This document shows, in pieces, positions 1 to 8,124 of a DNA stretch of 24,648 nucleotides. Numbering within the stretch: the first letter of the stretch is position 1; each line of letters begins with the position of its first letter. The position numbers were made by a program, and so were the translations under genes. Where the stretch lies: positions 1 to 24,648 of the IMG/VR virus record IMGVR_UViG_2684622670_000019; one strand, 5' to 3'. Under the pieces are notes generated by a model. It saw nothing but the letters and a program-made list of their open reading frames with translations, was not told where the DNA came from and did no database searches. Source of the DNA: a virus (taxonomy: Duplodnaviria > Heunggongvirae > Uroviricota > Caudoviricetes).

Positions 1-888
1 AAGATATTTTAGCTGTCTTACGCTCGCCAAATAATAGCGGGCGTAAATTTTTACTCAGGATGTACCAACGTGATCCACACTATAACTGATACGTTTTCCT
101 GACGGTCAGCACCCATTTTGAAAGTCAGTTTCCGAACATTTTGCATTCGTCTACGCCGTTTTTGCTGTGCTGTTGATCGCTGCACTTTTGAGGTGATCTT
201 TTGTCGATAGTGTTTTCGTACAGGAGTTGACCGTACCCGTTATATCGGGCGTCCATGCCGTAATACACGGCTTCGCCCGGGGTTCGTTTCCACATCGCCA
301 CTGATAATGGCGAGCACAGCTAGTCGTTTCAGGGCCACATCATTAACGCTTTTAACGCCTGATTAAATACTAAAGAGATGTCCGATGGAGAAACCATAAT
401 TGCATCTACTCGTCGTGAACTGCTTTCATCCGGCACGGTATCAAGGTATTTTATGCGCGCACGAAAAGTATCAGGTCTTTCCTTCTAAGGAGCTCCGCCT
501 ACCCTTCACGAGTTGTGCAGTTTTTCTGCAAGACTCTAATGAGAAGCAGATAAGCGATAAGTTTACACCGCGCCTTCTCGGGCATGTGTCGGACACCATG
601 ACATCACCGTATCGTGATGACAAAAGCAGAGGGTGACAAAATTGAAATCAAATAATGATTTTATTTTGGCTGATAGTGACCTGTTTGTGGCAACAAATTG
701 ATAAGCGATGCTTTTTTATAAGGCCAACTTAGTATAAAAAAGCTGAACGTGAAACATTAAAAACCATTAATATCAATGTGTTACAGCATCTGTAGTCTAA
801 AAAATAGACTACATAATGCTACAAAACACAACATATCCAGTCACTATGAATCAACCACTTAGATGGTATTAGTGACCTGTAACAGAGC

Positions 889-929
889 ATTAGCGCAAGG
901 TGATTTTTGTCTTCTTGCGCTAATTTTTT
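889..929 (+). terminator. Intrinsic terminator upstream of gtrA (plus-strand orientation)
   Basis: Perfect 11-bp stem attagcgcaag (889-899) / cttgcgctaat (914-924), 14-nt loop, followed by a run of T (925-929). Confidence 0.55.
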
Positions 930-1087
930 GTCATCAAACATATCGCACTCCAGAGAAGCATAACGCCTTGCATTCCAGTACAAAACTTTGTGTGTATGAG
1001 TTTTTTCTCATCAACTACCGCAAGTCATCGATCGATTGAGGCTAGGATGATAGACTCCATGCCTTTAATTATTAGCTGATAGAAGAA

Positions 1088-1450
1088 ATGTTAAAGCTAT
1101 TTGCAAAGTACACCTCGATTGGTGTGCTAAACACACTTATACACTGGGTGGTTTTTGGTGTTTGTATCTATGCAGCGCATACAAATCAGGCTCTGGCAAA
1201 CTTCGCAGGTTTCGTTGTGGCAGTGAGCTTTAGCTTCTTCGCGAATGCAAAATTCACATTCAAAGCATCGGCTACAACGATGCGCTACATGTTATACGTC
1301 ACGTTCATGGGAGCGCTTAGCGCTGCTGTTGGATGGGCTGCTGATAGATGCGCACTTCCCCCAATCATTACTCTTATTACCTCCTCCGCCATCAGCCTGG
1401 TGTGCGGTTTCGTCTATTCAAGGTTAATTGTCTTTAGGGGTGCGAAATGA
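1088..1450 (+). CDS. gtrA: GtrA, bactoprenol-linked glucose translocase (flippase), O-antigen conversion
   Basis: 120-aa small multi-TM protein ([24 protein letters not shown]...) matching GtrA of Shigella/Salmonella serotype-converting phages from memory; first gene of a three-gene operon with ATGA overlap to gtrB. Confidence 0.85.
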   Translation: MLKLFAKYTSIGVLNTLIHWVVFGVCIYAAHTNQALANFAGFVVAVSFSFFANAKFTFKASATTMRYMLYVTFMGALSAAVGWAADRCALPPIITLITSSAISLVCGFVYSRLIVFRGAK

Positions 1451-2370
1451 AGATATCTCTTGTAGTTCCTGTCTTCAATGAAGAAGAGGCGATACCAATT
1501 TTTTATAAAACGGTACGTGAATTCGAAGAGTTGAAGCCATATGAAGTAGAAATTGTTTTTATAAATGATGGTAGCAAAGACGCTACTGAGTCAATTATTA
1601 ATGCTCTGGCTGTTTCAGATCCTCTAGTTATTCCTTTGTCATTTACTCGCAACTTTGGTAAAGAACCAGCATTGTTTGCAGGGTTAGACCATGCTACTGG
1701 AGATGCCGTGATTCCAATTGATGTTGACCTGCAAGACCCGATTGAGGTTATTCCTCATCTTATTGAAAACTGGCAGGCTGGCGCCGATATGGTGCTGGCA
1801 AAGCGTTCAGACCGCTCTACAGATGGGCGTCTGAAGCGCAAGACAGCAGAGTGGTTTTATAAGCTTCACAATAAGATCAGCAATCCGAAGCTCGAGGAAA
1901 ATGTTGGCGATTTCCGGCTGATGTCCCGCGATGTAGTGGATAATATTAAGCTTATGCCAGAACGCAATCTTTTCATGAAAGGCATTCTTAGTTGGGTTGG
2001 TGGGTCTACAGATGTAGTTGAGTATGTCCGTGCTGAGCGGATAGCCGGCAGCACGAAATTCAATGGGTGGAAATTATGGAACCTCGCACTTGAAGGTATA
2101 ACAAGTTTCTCCACTTTCCCTCTGCGTATGTGGACTTATATTGGGCTATTCGTAGCTGGAATGGCTCTTTTATATGGCACATGGATGATTATCGACACCT
2201 TGGTGTTTGGAAATCCGGTTCGCGGTTACCCATCACTTATGGTGTCCATTCTCTTCTTAGGCGGAATTCAGCTTATAGGAATTGGCGTACTTGGTGAATA
2301 TATAGGAAGAATTTACATAGAGTGCAAAGCTAGACCTAGATTTATTATCAAGAGAATGAAAAATGAATAA
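1447..2370 (+). CDS. gtrB: GtrB, bactoprenol glucosyltransferase (GT2 family)
   Basis: 307 aa; N-terminal GT2 signature ([10 protein letters not shown]...INDGSKD...IDVDLQDP) and C-terminal TM helices; translationally coupled to gtrA and gtrC. Confidence 0.88.
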   Translation: MKISLVVPVFNEEEAIPIFYKTVREFEELKPYEVEIVFINDGSKDATESIINALAVSDPLVIPLSFTRNFGKEPALFAGLDHATGDAVIPIDVDLQDPIEVIPHLIENWQAGADMVLAKRSDRSTDGRLKRKTAEWFYKLHNKISNPKLEENVGDFRLMSRDVVDNIKLMPERNLFMKGILSWVGGSTDVVEYVRAERIAGSTKFNGWKLWNLALEGITSFSTFPLRMWTYIGLFVAGMALLYGTWMIIDTLVFGNPVRGYPSLMVSILFLGGIQLIGIGVLGEYIGRIYIECKARPRFIIKRMKNE

Positions 2371-3793
2371 AACAATCAAAATCAACTTCTACATACTATT
2401 TATTATTTTGTTTTTTATTATAACATGTAATATTTACTACTATGATGATGTATTTAGATCGTATTGGGGATATTATGGTTGGTCTGAAGATGGAAGGCCT
2501 TTTGCAGATTTATTCTATAAATTATTTATTTTCTTTAGATCTGAAAGCATACCAGATATTTACCCGCTACCACTAATTTTAACGTCTGTGCTTCTTGTTA
2601 TATCACTAACAAATGCATTGCAAAATATACTATCAAAAGATGGGGTTATAGTTAATATAACTTTTGCAATATTTATGCTTAACCCTTTTCTTTTGTCTAA
2701 TATGCTATTTAGATATGATGGTGCATTTATGATTTTATCTATTGCACTTTCGGCTATTCCGTTCATTTTTACAAAAAGTAGAACATTCGCCATATCATCA
2801 CTACTGTGCCTAACAATATCGCTTGGATTGTATCAAGCCTCAATAAATGTGTACATTGGGCTTGCATCAGTAGTGGTTGCAATGGAAGCATTGAAAGGGG
2901 AAAAGTTTACATCAATAGCCAGCAGAGTGCTATTATCTGTTACATGCGTAGTCTCTTCATATGTTATATACTCAAAATTAATACTTGAATCATTATCTTT
3001 AAATAATAACTTCTCGAAATATGCTCAAATAGTTGAATTAAATAAAGGAGGAGTCATCAATGTTTATGAGAATATAATTAACGCAGTTAAAAAAATTGAT
3101 GTTGCTCTTCATAGTGGTATTGGAACACCTCTTTATATATTTTTATCAATAATAGCCATATCATCTGTGTGTGTTGCCATTAAACGAAAACAATTTCAGT
3201 TACTATTTTTTATTGCTATATCTATTTTGGGTTGTTTCTTTTCTTCTTTTGGTGTGTCTGTCTTTGGGAAATCGCCAGTATTTGTGTCAAGGATATTTAT
3301 CGGATTTGGTGTTTTTATAATGGCAGTTCCTTTGATTGGCTCAGCACTTCTTAATTGGAAACTTAATTACTTACTATCATTATTCATTGCAATTCCTATG
3401 CTGTCCATCTTTTTTGCCACCATTAATGCCTCAAGAGAGGAATTTAAATTCCAAAACAATTTATCACTTCAAATGATTAATGATATTAATCATAGCAAAG
3501 CTAAATATCTCGACTTTGTTGTTATTGATGGCTATGCGAAGAACTCTTCTGTTGCAAGCATAAATAAGAAAATATTTCCCGTAATATCTGATATATTGCC
3601 TCCTGTCTTTACAAATAGATATGATGGTGGGGTTTTCACATTGATGAGAAATGGACTAAAAGATGTTGTTAGTGCTGAGTCATCAGCTGCAGACAACGCG
3701 GTATCAATATCAGATGATGGAAATCTAATTTCTGACAATAATATATATAGCATTCATGCGACCAAAGATATTATTGTAATAAAATTAAAATAA
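2363..3793 (+). CDS. gtrC: GtrC-type serotype-specific O-antigen glucosyltransferase (polytopic membrane protein)
   Basis: 476 aa, many TM segments, extremely AT-rich; third position of the gtr operon, overlapping the gtrB stop by 8 nt. Family members are highly divergent, so the call is by position and topology. Confidence 0.7.
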   Translation: MNKTIKINFYILFIILFFIITCNIYYYDDVFRSYWGYYGWSEDGRPFADLFYKLFIFFRSESIPDIYPLPLILTSVLLVISLTNALQNILSKDGVIVNITFAIFMLNPFLLSNMLFRYDGAFMILSIALSAIPFIFTKSRTFAISSLLCLTISLGLYQASINVYIGLASVVVAMEALKGEKFTSIASRVLLSVTCVVSSYVIYSKLILESLSLNNNFSKYAQIVELNKGGVINVYENIINAVKKIDVALHSGIGTPLYIFLSIIAISSVCVAIKRKQFQLLFFIAISILGCFFSSFGVSVFGKSPVFVSRIFIGFGVFIMAVPLIGSALLNWKLNYLLSLFIAIPMLSIFFATINASREEFKFQNNLSLQMINDINHSKAKYLDFVVIDGYAKNSSVASINKKIFPVISDILPPVFTNRYDGGVFTLMRNGLKDVVSAESSAADNAVSISDDGNLISDNNIYSIHATKDIIVIKLK

Positions 3794-3798
3794 CCCCT

Positions 3799-3835
3799 CC
3801 CCCTCCCGCATCAACTCCAGTAATGGCGGGAGGGG
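3799..3835. terminator. Stem-loop between convergent gtrC and tailspike; likely terminator for the tailspike transcript
   Basis: 10-bp perfect GC-rich stem cccctcccgc (3800-3809) / gcgggagggg (3826-3835); the flanking A-rich tract 3781-3793 gives a U-run after the stem on the minus strand. Confidence 0.55.
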
Positions 3836-3857
3836 ATCTACAAAAAATCAAATATCA

Positions 3858-5921
3858 CTAAGAAAAAATCCAATTACCATACATTCCAGTTATTTCACTA
3901 TACATGCCTTCTTTATTTTTTAATTTAATCCAAGCGCCGAATTCAGTGGTGGCTACTTGCGTTACTTCTGAAGAGTTACTTACAAACCTTATATTTGCTA
4001 CACCTATTGCTCTACTTGGTGATGAGATTGTCATAGCTCTTATTATTTTTAACTCTCTGAAATCACCAGTGCTACTTGCGATTATATCAATATCATTAGT
4101 GCTATGGTTAAATATAATGGTGTTATTTAACAGCTTTGTATTTTGAAAAGATGTTATTGTGGCAATCCCTCCAATAAATCCTCTTATCTGGGCCGGGCCA
4201 GTATCTCCACTATCATAGGCTAATGATGTGGTTATATTATCTTCCTCCTTTCCTATATGTATATCAATAAAGTACTCTTTTAAACTAATACCAGCCAAAA
4301 CTAAAAATGTTGATATAGTCGATGTACATTTTTTAATAACCAGATTCTTAAAATTTCGAGATAACCCGATGCTTATTGGATCAATAGTTCTAGGTAATAA
4401 TCTGATTATTTTATCCCCACCTGCTATAGTAGTTTCATCAACAATTTCACCTATTTCCACAAAAAGGCGGTCATCCCCCAGCATTTCAAAAACACAAAAG
4501 TCTAAAGGAGACGTCTTAAATACCACTCTATCAATTAAGATTTTCCCTATACCATTTCCCATAACTCTAGTAGCTGTCACCCCTCTGTTAGTCACATTCG
4601 TTAGTGTTGTATTCCCCGAGATGATTACATCAGCTACAAGACTGTCAGGGAAAATATTAAGTTCCACACCAGTATACGCACCATTGATGTATGGGTTTGA
4701 GATTTCACAATTAATCAACCGAGGGACAGTGTGTCCAGGCACACTTTCGTCTGCCTCTGGTTCAATATCTATGCCAGATTTCGGCATAGCACCTGTAACA
4801 CCTCCGTAGTCACCAATATTATAAATCTCAGGATTAACTATTATTATATTTTCACCTGACGTTAGGCTTATACCGTTACGCCTGCATTGTTTGACGATCG
4901 GTTTTTCTATATAGATATTTTCTGGAACCGTGCCATCGGTAGTCCCCCACTTCATGCCTATATATATTCCGTCGCCAAACATGTTGGTATACAGTCCACC
5001 AATAATACGAATGTTAGAGGATTGAAGTATTGTAAGCCCCCATCCATGTTCTCCTTCGGATGTGTTTGTTAACCGATCACCTTCCAGTACAGGATTATAA
5101 ATATTTACATTTTTAACACCGTTTGCTATGTAAATGATATGGCTTTGTGGCCTGTTTTGATTTGCTAGTTTTAATGCCCCATCCTTCTCAAATCTTATAG
5201 TGCTATTATCTACGCATCTTAACACAGATTTAAAAGCATCATTTCCAGGGGAAAAAGGGTCTTCATTCACAGCCATCAAGCCTTCAAATGATTTATCTAT
5301 AATGAATTCTGCACCAATAGATGCTGCGGATTCATACGCTTTTTGTAGTGTTTGTGCGTCATTGCAAAAATCAGAAGCATAAATAGAGTTGGTTTTCTTT
5401 AATTCAAATATCCTACCATTTCTGCTCCTGATAATTAATATTCCATCTGGGGTGAGCGTGGGGGTGGATGATTCATAAACATATCGACCATGAATCATTA
5501 CATGATTAAATATATCTGGGACATCCTCTTGCTCTATATTAATAGCAACATATATAAGTTTATTACTTAACTCCCCCCTTAACTGATCAGGATCATACTT
5601 CAGCACATTAGGAAAATAGAACTGCTGCGCACCATACGCATCATATACAGCCATAGAATGGCCTTGCACAGTTACGAATTTAGCAATCTGTCCGTTATAT
5701 ACCGGATATCCAGCAGCGTTAATGATTATTGGTTGCGAAACAGGAACGTGAGAACCGTCTTCATTCTCCACATAAACCTGAATCTGGTTTTCAGGATTTA
5801 CTGGATCAGTGTCAATTTTACCGATATAAATTTTGCCATTGGCAACCGCTTTAAAAGAACGCGCCATAGTGAATAGTTGCGAAGGCATACTCACTACAAC
5901 ATTGGCTGTAATATCTGTCAT
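3858..5921 (-). CDS. Tailspike protein: P22-type N-terminal head-binding domain fused to a beta-helix receptor-binding (depolymerase) domain
   Basis: 687 aa; N-terminal ~110 aa ([11 protein letters not shown]...[32 protein letters not shown]...VLKYDPDQ) closely matches the P22/Sf6/HK620 tailspike head-binding domain from memory; the remainder is a repetitive beta-helix-like sequence. SD GGAG upstream of ATG 5921. Confidence 0.85.
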   Translation of the reverse strand: MTDITANVVVSMPSQLFTMARSFKAVANGKIYIGKIDTDPVNPENQIQVYVENEDGSHVPVSQPIIINAAGYPVYNGQIAKFVTVQGHSMAVYDAYGAQQFYFPNVLKYDPDQLRGELSNKLIYVAINIEQEDVPDIFNHVMIHGRYVYESSTPTLTPDGILIIRSRNGRIFELKKTNSIYASDFCNDAQTLQKAYESAASIGAEFIIDKSFEGLMAVNEDPFSPGNDAFKSVLRCVDNSTIRFEKDGALKLANQNRPQSHIIYIANGVKNVNIYNPVLEGDRLTNTSEGEHGWGLTILQSSNIRIIGGLYTNMFGDGIYIGMKWGTTDGTVPENIYIEKPIVKQCRRNGISLTSGENIIIVNPEIYNIGDYGGVTGAMPKSGIDIEPEADESVPGHTVPRLINCEISNPYINGAYTGVELNIFPDSLVADVIISGNTTLTNVTNRGVTATRVMGNGIGKILIDRVVFKTSPLDFCVFEMLGDDRLFVEIGEIVDETTIAGGDKIIRLLPRTIDPISIGLSRNFKNLVIKKCTSTISTFLVLAGISLKEYFIDIHIGKEEDNITTSLAYDSGDTGPAQIRGFIGGIATITSFQNTKLLNNTIIFNHSTNDIDIIASSTGDFRELKIIRAMTISSPSRAIGVANIRFVSNSSEVTQVATTEFGAWIKLKNKEGMYSEITGMYGNWIFS

Positions 5922-6053
5922 TTAATTTGCTCCAGATACAATGAATCGCCGCAGCGTAGCTACGGTTGGCGTTTGTTACATACCGAAACGGTACGATTGT
6001 TGATTTGTACAGTAGGTTTTACGATGCCATTCCACCCATTTGGTGAGGCATTG

Positions 6054-6311
6054 ATGATGTACAGCAAATACGATGAGGCGCAGTTCCACTTGAGGCTTAC
6101 GCACGAGTTGCACGCTAAGATTAAGCAGCGTGCAAAAATGAATAACAGGTCTATCAATTCCGAAATTGTGGCTACGATGGAAGAATCTCTCTCCAAACCA
6201 TCACCTGTAAGCGGGTATCGTGATGAAGAAGAGAGACTGGCCTCATTAATCTCGGAACGAGTAAAAGAAGTTGCGGCTGAAATTCTAAGGAAAGAAAAAA
6301 CCCGCGATTAA
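6054..6311 (+). CDS. Mnt-like ribbon-helix-helix repressor
   Basis: 85 aa from ATG 6054 (MMYSKYDEAQFHLRLTHELHAKIKQRAKMNNRSINSEIVATMEESLSKPSPVSGYRDEEERLA...) aligns with P22 Mnt (..FNFRMPMEVREKLKFRAEANGRSMNSELLQIVQDALSKPSPVTGYRNDAERLA..). The longer ORF-track start at 5877 is rejected. Confidence 0.75.
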   Translation: MMYSKYDEAQFHLRLTHELHAKIKQRAKMNNRSINSEIVATMEESLSKPSPVSGYRDEEERLASLISERVKEVAAEILRKEKTRD

Positions 6312-6326
6312 GCGGGTTTAGTTTTC
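6295..6326. terminator. Bidirectional intrinsic terminator between convergent mnt-like and KilAC antirepressor genes
   Basis: 7-bp stem aacccgc (6299-6305) / gcgggtt (6312-6318), flanked by AAAAAA (6295-6300) and TAGTTTT (6320-6325). Confidence 0.5.
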
Positions 6327-6337
6327 ATTATAAAATG

Positions 6338-7063
6338 TTACGCCACATTTGAGCCATGTAGCAGGTGTTGTAGTGCTTTAACGCCTTCAGAATTGTAGCG
6401 GAACGCCTCTACCTGTTTGCTGGAATGCGCCGATTTATCCAGGAAGAACTTCCCGTACTGCTCAGTTTTGAGGTTGTTTGCGTTAGCAATGCGACCAATC
6501 TTGTTGGCCGTTACTCCAAGCTGCTCTGCAACCTCCCCTGCTGAGTAGTAATGCTCTTCTATTGCCGGAAGAGGTATTGCATTAAAACCAACAAGCGGGT
6601 TGATTATACTTGCTGCCGCTGTCTGCTTTGCCTCCGGCGCAAGATTTGGCATCAGATCGAACAGATTGGTAACAGCTTCAACCGTCATTTTCAGTGTTCG
6701 CGCTTGACGATACTCAATAAGTCCACTCGCTGATTTACCGCTTTTAATGTGTGCTTCCTGCATACTTTCAAGTTTGTCTACAAGTGTTCGGCGAACTGCT
6801 TTAGATTCGCGAGCAGCAACACGAAGCGCCTGCTTGATAGTCATGGAGATAACATCAATGTCAGCCCCGTTTTTCCGACCTACACTTTTTGTGTAGGTCT
6901 CGCCCTCCAATTCATCCTCAATTTTCTCGATGAATTTGTTGTTACGTACTGATGGCTCTCCACATAACTTGCGAGCTTCATTAACCATCATCAGAAGGCT
7001 TTGGCTGTCAATGGTTTTATCCGTGACAACGGATCCGATGTTTGCTACATTCTTCAAAGTCAT
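6338..7063 (-). CDS. Antirepressor-like protein with C-terminal KilAC/ANT-type domain
   Basis: 242 aa from ATG 7063 with SD AAGGA 7 nt upstream; C-terminal region (YSAGEVAEQLGVTANKIGRIANANNL...) resembles the phage antirepressor KilAC domain; sits in the ant position of a P22 immI-like operon. Confidence 0.6.
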   Translation of the reverse strand: MTLKNVANIGSVVTDKTIDSQSLLMMVNEARKLCGEPSVRNNKFIEKIEDELEGETYTKSVGRKNGADIDVISMTIKQALRVAARESKAVRRTLVDKLESMQEAHIKSGKSASGLIEYRQARTLKMTVEAVTNLFDLMPNLAPEAKQTAAASIINPLVGFNAIPLPAIEEHYYSAGEVAEQLGVTANKIGRIANANNLKTEQYGKFFLDKSAHSSKQVEAFRYNSEGVKALQHLLHGSNVA

Positions 7064-7100
7064 TAGGCATTCCTTATGTGGTAGTAAGGGTGTGACATAG

Positions 7101-7132
7101 GCCGCCAGCAGCACACTGGCGGTTTTCTTTTT
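7101..7132 (+). terminator. Intrinsic terminator in antisense orientation between the two antirepressor genes
   Basis: Stem ccgccag (7102-7108) / ctggcgg (7116-7122), 7-nt loop, then TTTTCTTTTT (7123-7132) on the plus strand although both flanking genes are on the minus strand. Confidence 0.55.
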
Positions 7133-7151
7133 GCGCCGTCCGGCGCACCAA

Positions 7152-7778
7152 TCAATGAATCCATTCCTCGCCGCGCAGTTTTGTCAGCATTGGCTGAGCG
7201 TTCTTTACGACAAAATTGTTGGTATCAAGATTCTTCATTTCACGAAGAAGTGATTTCTTGGTTTCTTCTGACATATAGCGAGTCTCATATGCAATATCGT
7301 AAATTCTTCCTGAAAGCTCAGAACCAATTTGCTTCATTCCTGGGTAGATGTGTTTGCACATTTGTTGACTCTTCTCCATCCACAATTGTAAGTAGCAGAG
7401 ATTAACCAGTTCTTCGTCAGTAAACTGTTTTGCAATCGGTGAGCATTCTGCCTGCCGATCCAAAATATCCAGCACCCAGCGGCGGAACTCTTTTGCTACA
7501 GGAGTGCGAGCAAACATCGCGATTAGGTGGGCACCGCGTAGTGAGAAAACTCGCACTTTTTTGCGATAATTTCCTGAGGTACTCACTTCGAGTACCTGAG
7601 TCATTCCGGCGCTAAACTCATCGCCATACTTGTTATAAATCATTGTTACTGCACGACTATTTGCGTATTTAAGTGCAGATGCAATATTAGATGATGTAAA
7701 CCAAACACCATGCATATCACGGGTGGGCACCAACTCAACTCCGTGGAAGTTGTAATCTGATTTTGCTACAATATTCAT
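7152..7778 (-). CDS. Antirepressor-like protein with N-terminal Bro-N/AntA-type domain
   Basis: About 208 aa from ATG 7778 with SD AAGGAA upstream; N-terminal half (NFHGVELVPTRDMHGVWFTSSNIASALKY...LIAMFARTPVAKEFRRWVLDIL) fits the Bro-N/AntA fold pattern; immediately downstream of the Arc-like gene. The TTG start at 7883 from the ORF track is rejected. Confidence 0.6.
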   Translation of the reverse strand: MNIVAKSDYNFHGVELVPTRDMHGVWFTSSNIASALKYANSRAVTMIYNKYGDEFSAGMTQVLEVSTSGNYRKKVRVFSLRGAHLIAMFARTPVAKEFRRWVLDILDRQAECSPIAKQFTDEELVNLCYLQLWMEKSQQMCKHIYPGMKQIGSELSGRIYDIAYETRYMSEETKKSLLREMKNLDTNNFVVKNAQPMLTKLRGEEWIH

Positions 7779-7851
7779 GTTAGTTTCCTTGCATACGGTT
7801 ACTGACATAGAGGCCCGGTTTGTGTTCGCGCACTGCCGGGCTTCGCTATTT

Positions 7852-8025
7852 TTATTGGATGACAACATCGCCCTTTGCCTCAAGTTTCATCAATAACTCC
7901 ATTCGATAAGCTATCTCTGCCTGAATTGACCTATGGCATCTTTTTGCTGATTCGCGGATATGTGAATCAACCTTTTCTGTAAAACGAACCTGACGCGGCT
8001 TGATGGAAGATATCTTTTCAGTCAT
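7852..8025 (-). CDS. Arc-like ribbon-helix-helix repressor (57 aa, below the ORF-track cutoff)
   Basis: MTEKISSIKPRQVRFTEKVDSHIRESAKRCHRSIQAEIAYRMELLMKLEAKGDVVIQ aligns with P22 Arc (PQFNLRWPREVLDLVRKVAEENGRSVNSEIYQRVMESFKKEGRIGA); SD AGGAG 7 nt upstream of ATG 8025; first gene of the minus-strand operon. Confidence 0.7.
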   Translation of the reverse strand: MTEKISSIKPRQVRFTEKVDSHIRESAKRCHRSIQAEIAYRMELLMKLEAKGDVVIQ

Positions 8026-8074
8026 TATGCACTCCTGTTTTTGAAAAACTCATAATCTCACTTTTTGTAGTTTG

Positions 8075-8103
8075 ATTATTCACTCACACTCAGTATGAGT
8101 CAA
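8075..8103 (-). promoter_or_regulatory. Sigma70-type promoter for the arc-ant operon (Pant analogue) with embedded candidate operator
   Basis: On the minus strand TTGACT (8103-8098), 17-nt spacer, AATAAT (8080-8075); the spacer contains the inverted repeat ACTCA-gta-TGAGT (8088-8100) and a further ACTCA copy at 8082-8086. Confidence 0.5.
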
Positions 8104-8124
8104 TGAATTTTTTATGGTGAACTA

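Noticed and set aside
400-636. 78-aa ORF in the left leader
   Set aside because: Starts with TTG, has no SD, and the translation has no recognisable features; not called as a gene.
637-1087. Dam/OxyR phase-variation switch upstream of gtrA
   Set aside because: Only a single GATC was found in this interval, whereas the known P22-type switch has several paired GATC sites; not supported by the sequence.
1245-1427. 60-aa alternative-frame ORF inside gtrA
   Set aside because: Overlaps gtrA in another frame; gtrA has a clear homologue and this does not.
4228-4809. 193-aa plus-strand ORF inside the tailspike gene
   Set aside because: Antisense to a well-supported tailspike CDS, low-complexity translation, no RBS; a shadow ORF.
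5877-6311. 144-aa extended form of the Mnt-like ORF
   Set aside because: Homology to Mnt begins at the internal Met (6054); the upstream 59 codons are Cys/His-rich with no RBS and overlap the tailspike start region.
6338-7114. Longer N-terminal extension of the KilAC antirepressor (start at 7114)
   Set aside because: The internal ATG at 7063 has a good SD (AAGGA) and the upstream extension would run through the intergenic terminator; the shorter model is preferred.
7152-7883. Longer TTG-initiated version of the Bro-N antirepressor (start at 7883)
   Set aside because: It would overlap the Arc-like gene by about 30 nt and lacks an RBS; ATG 7778 with SD AAGGAA is preferred.
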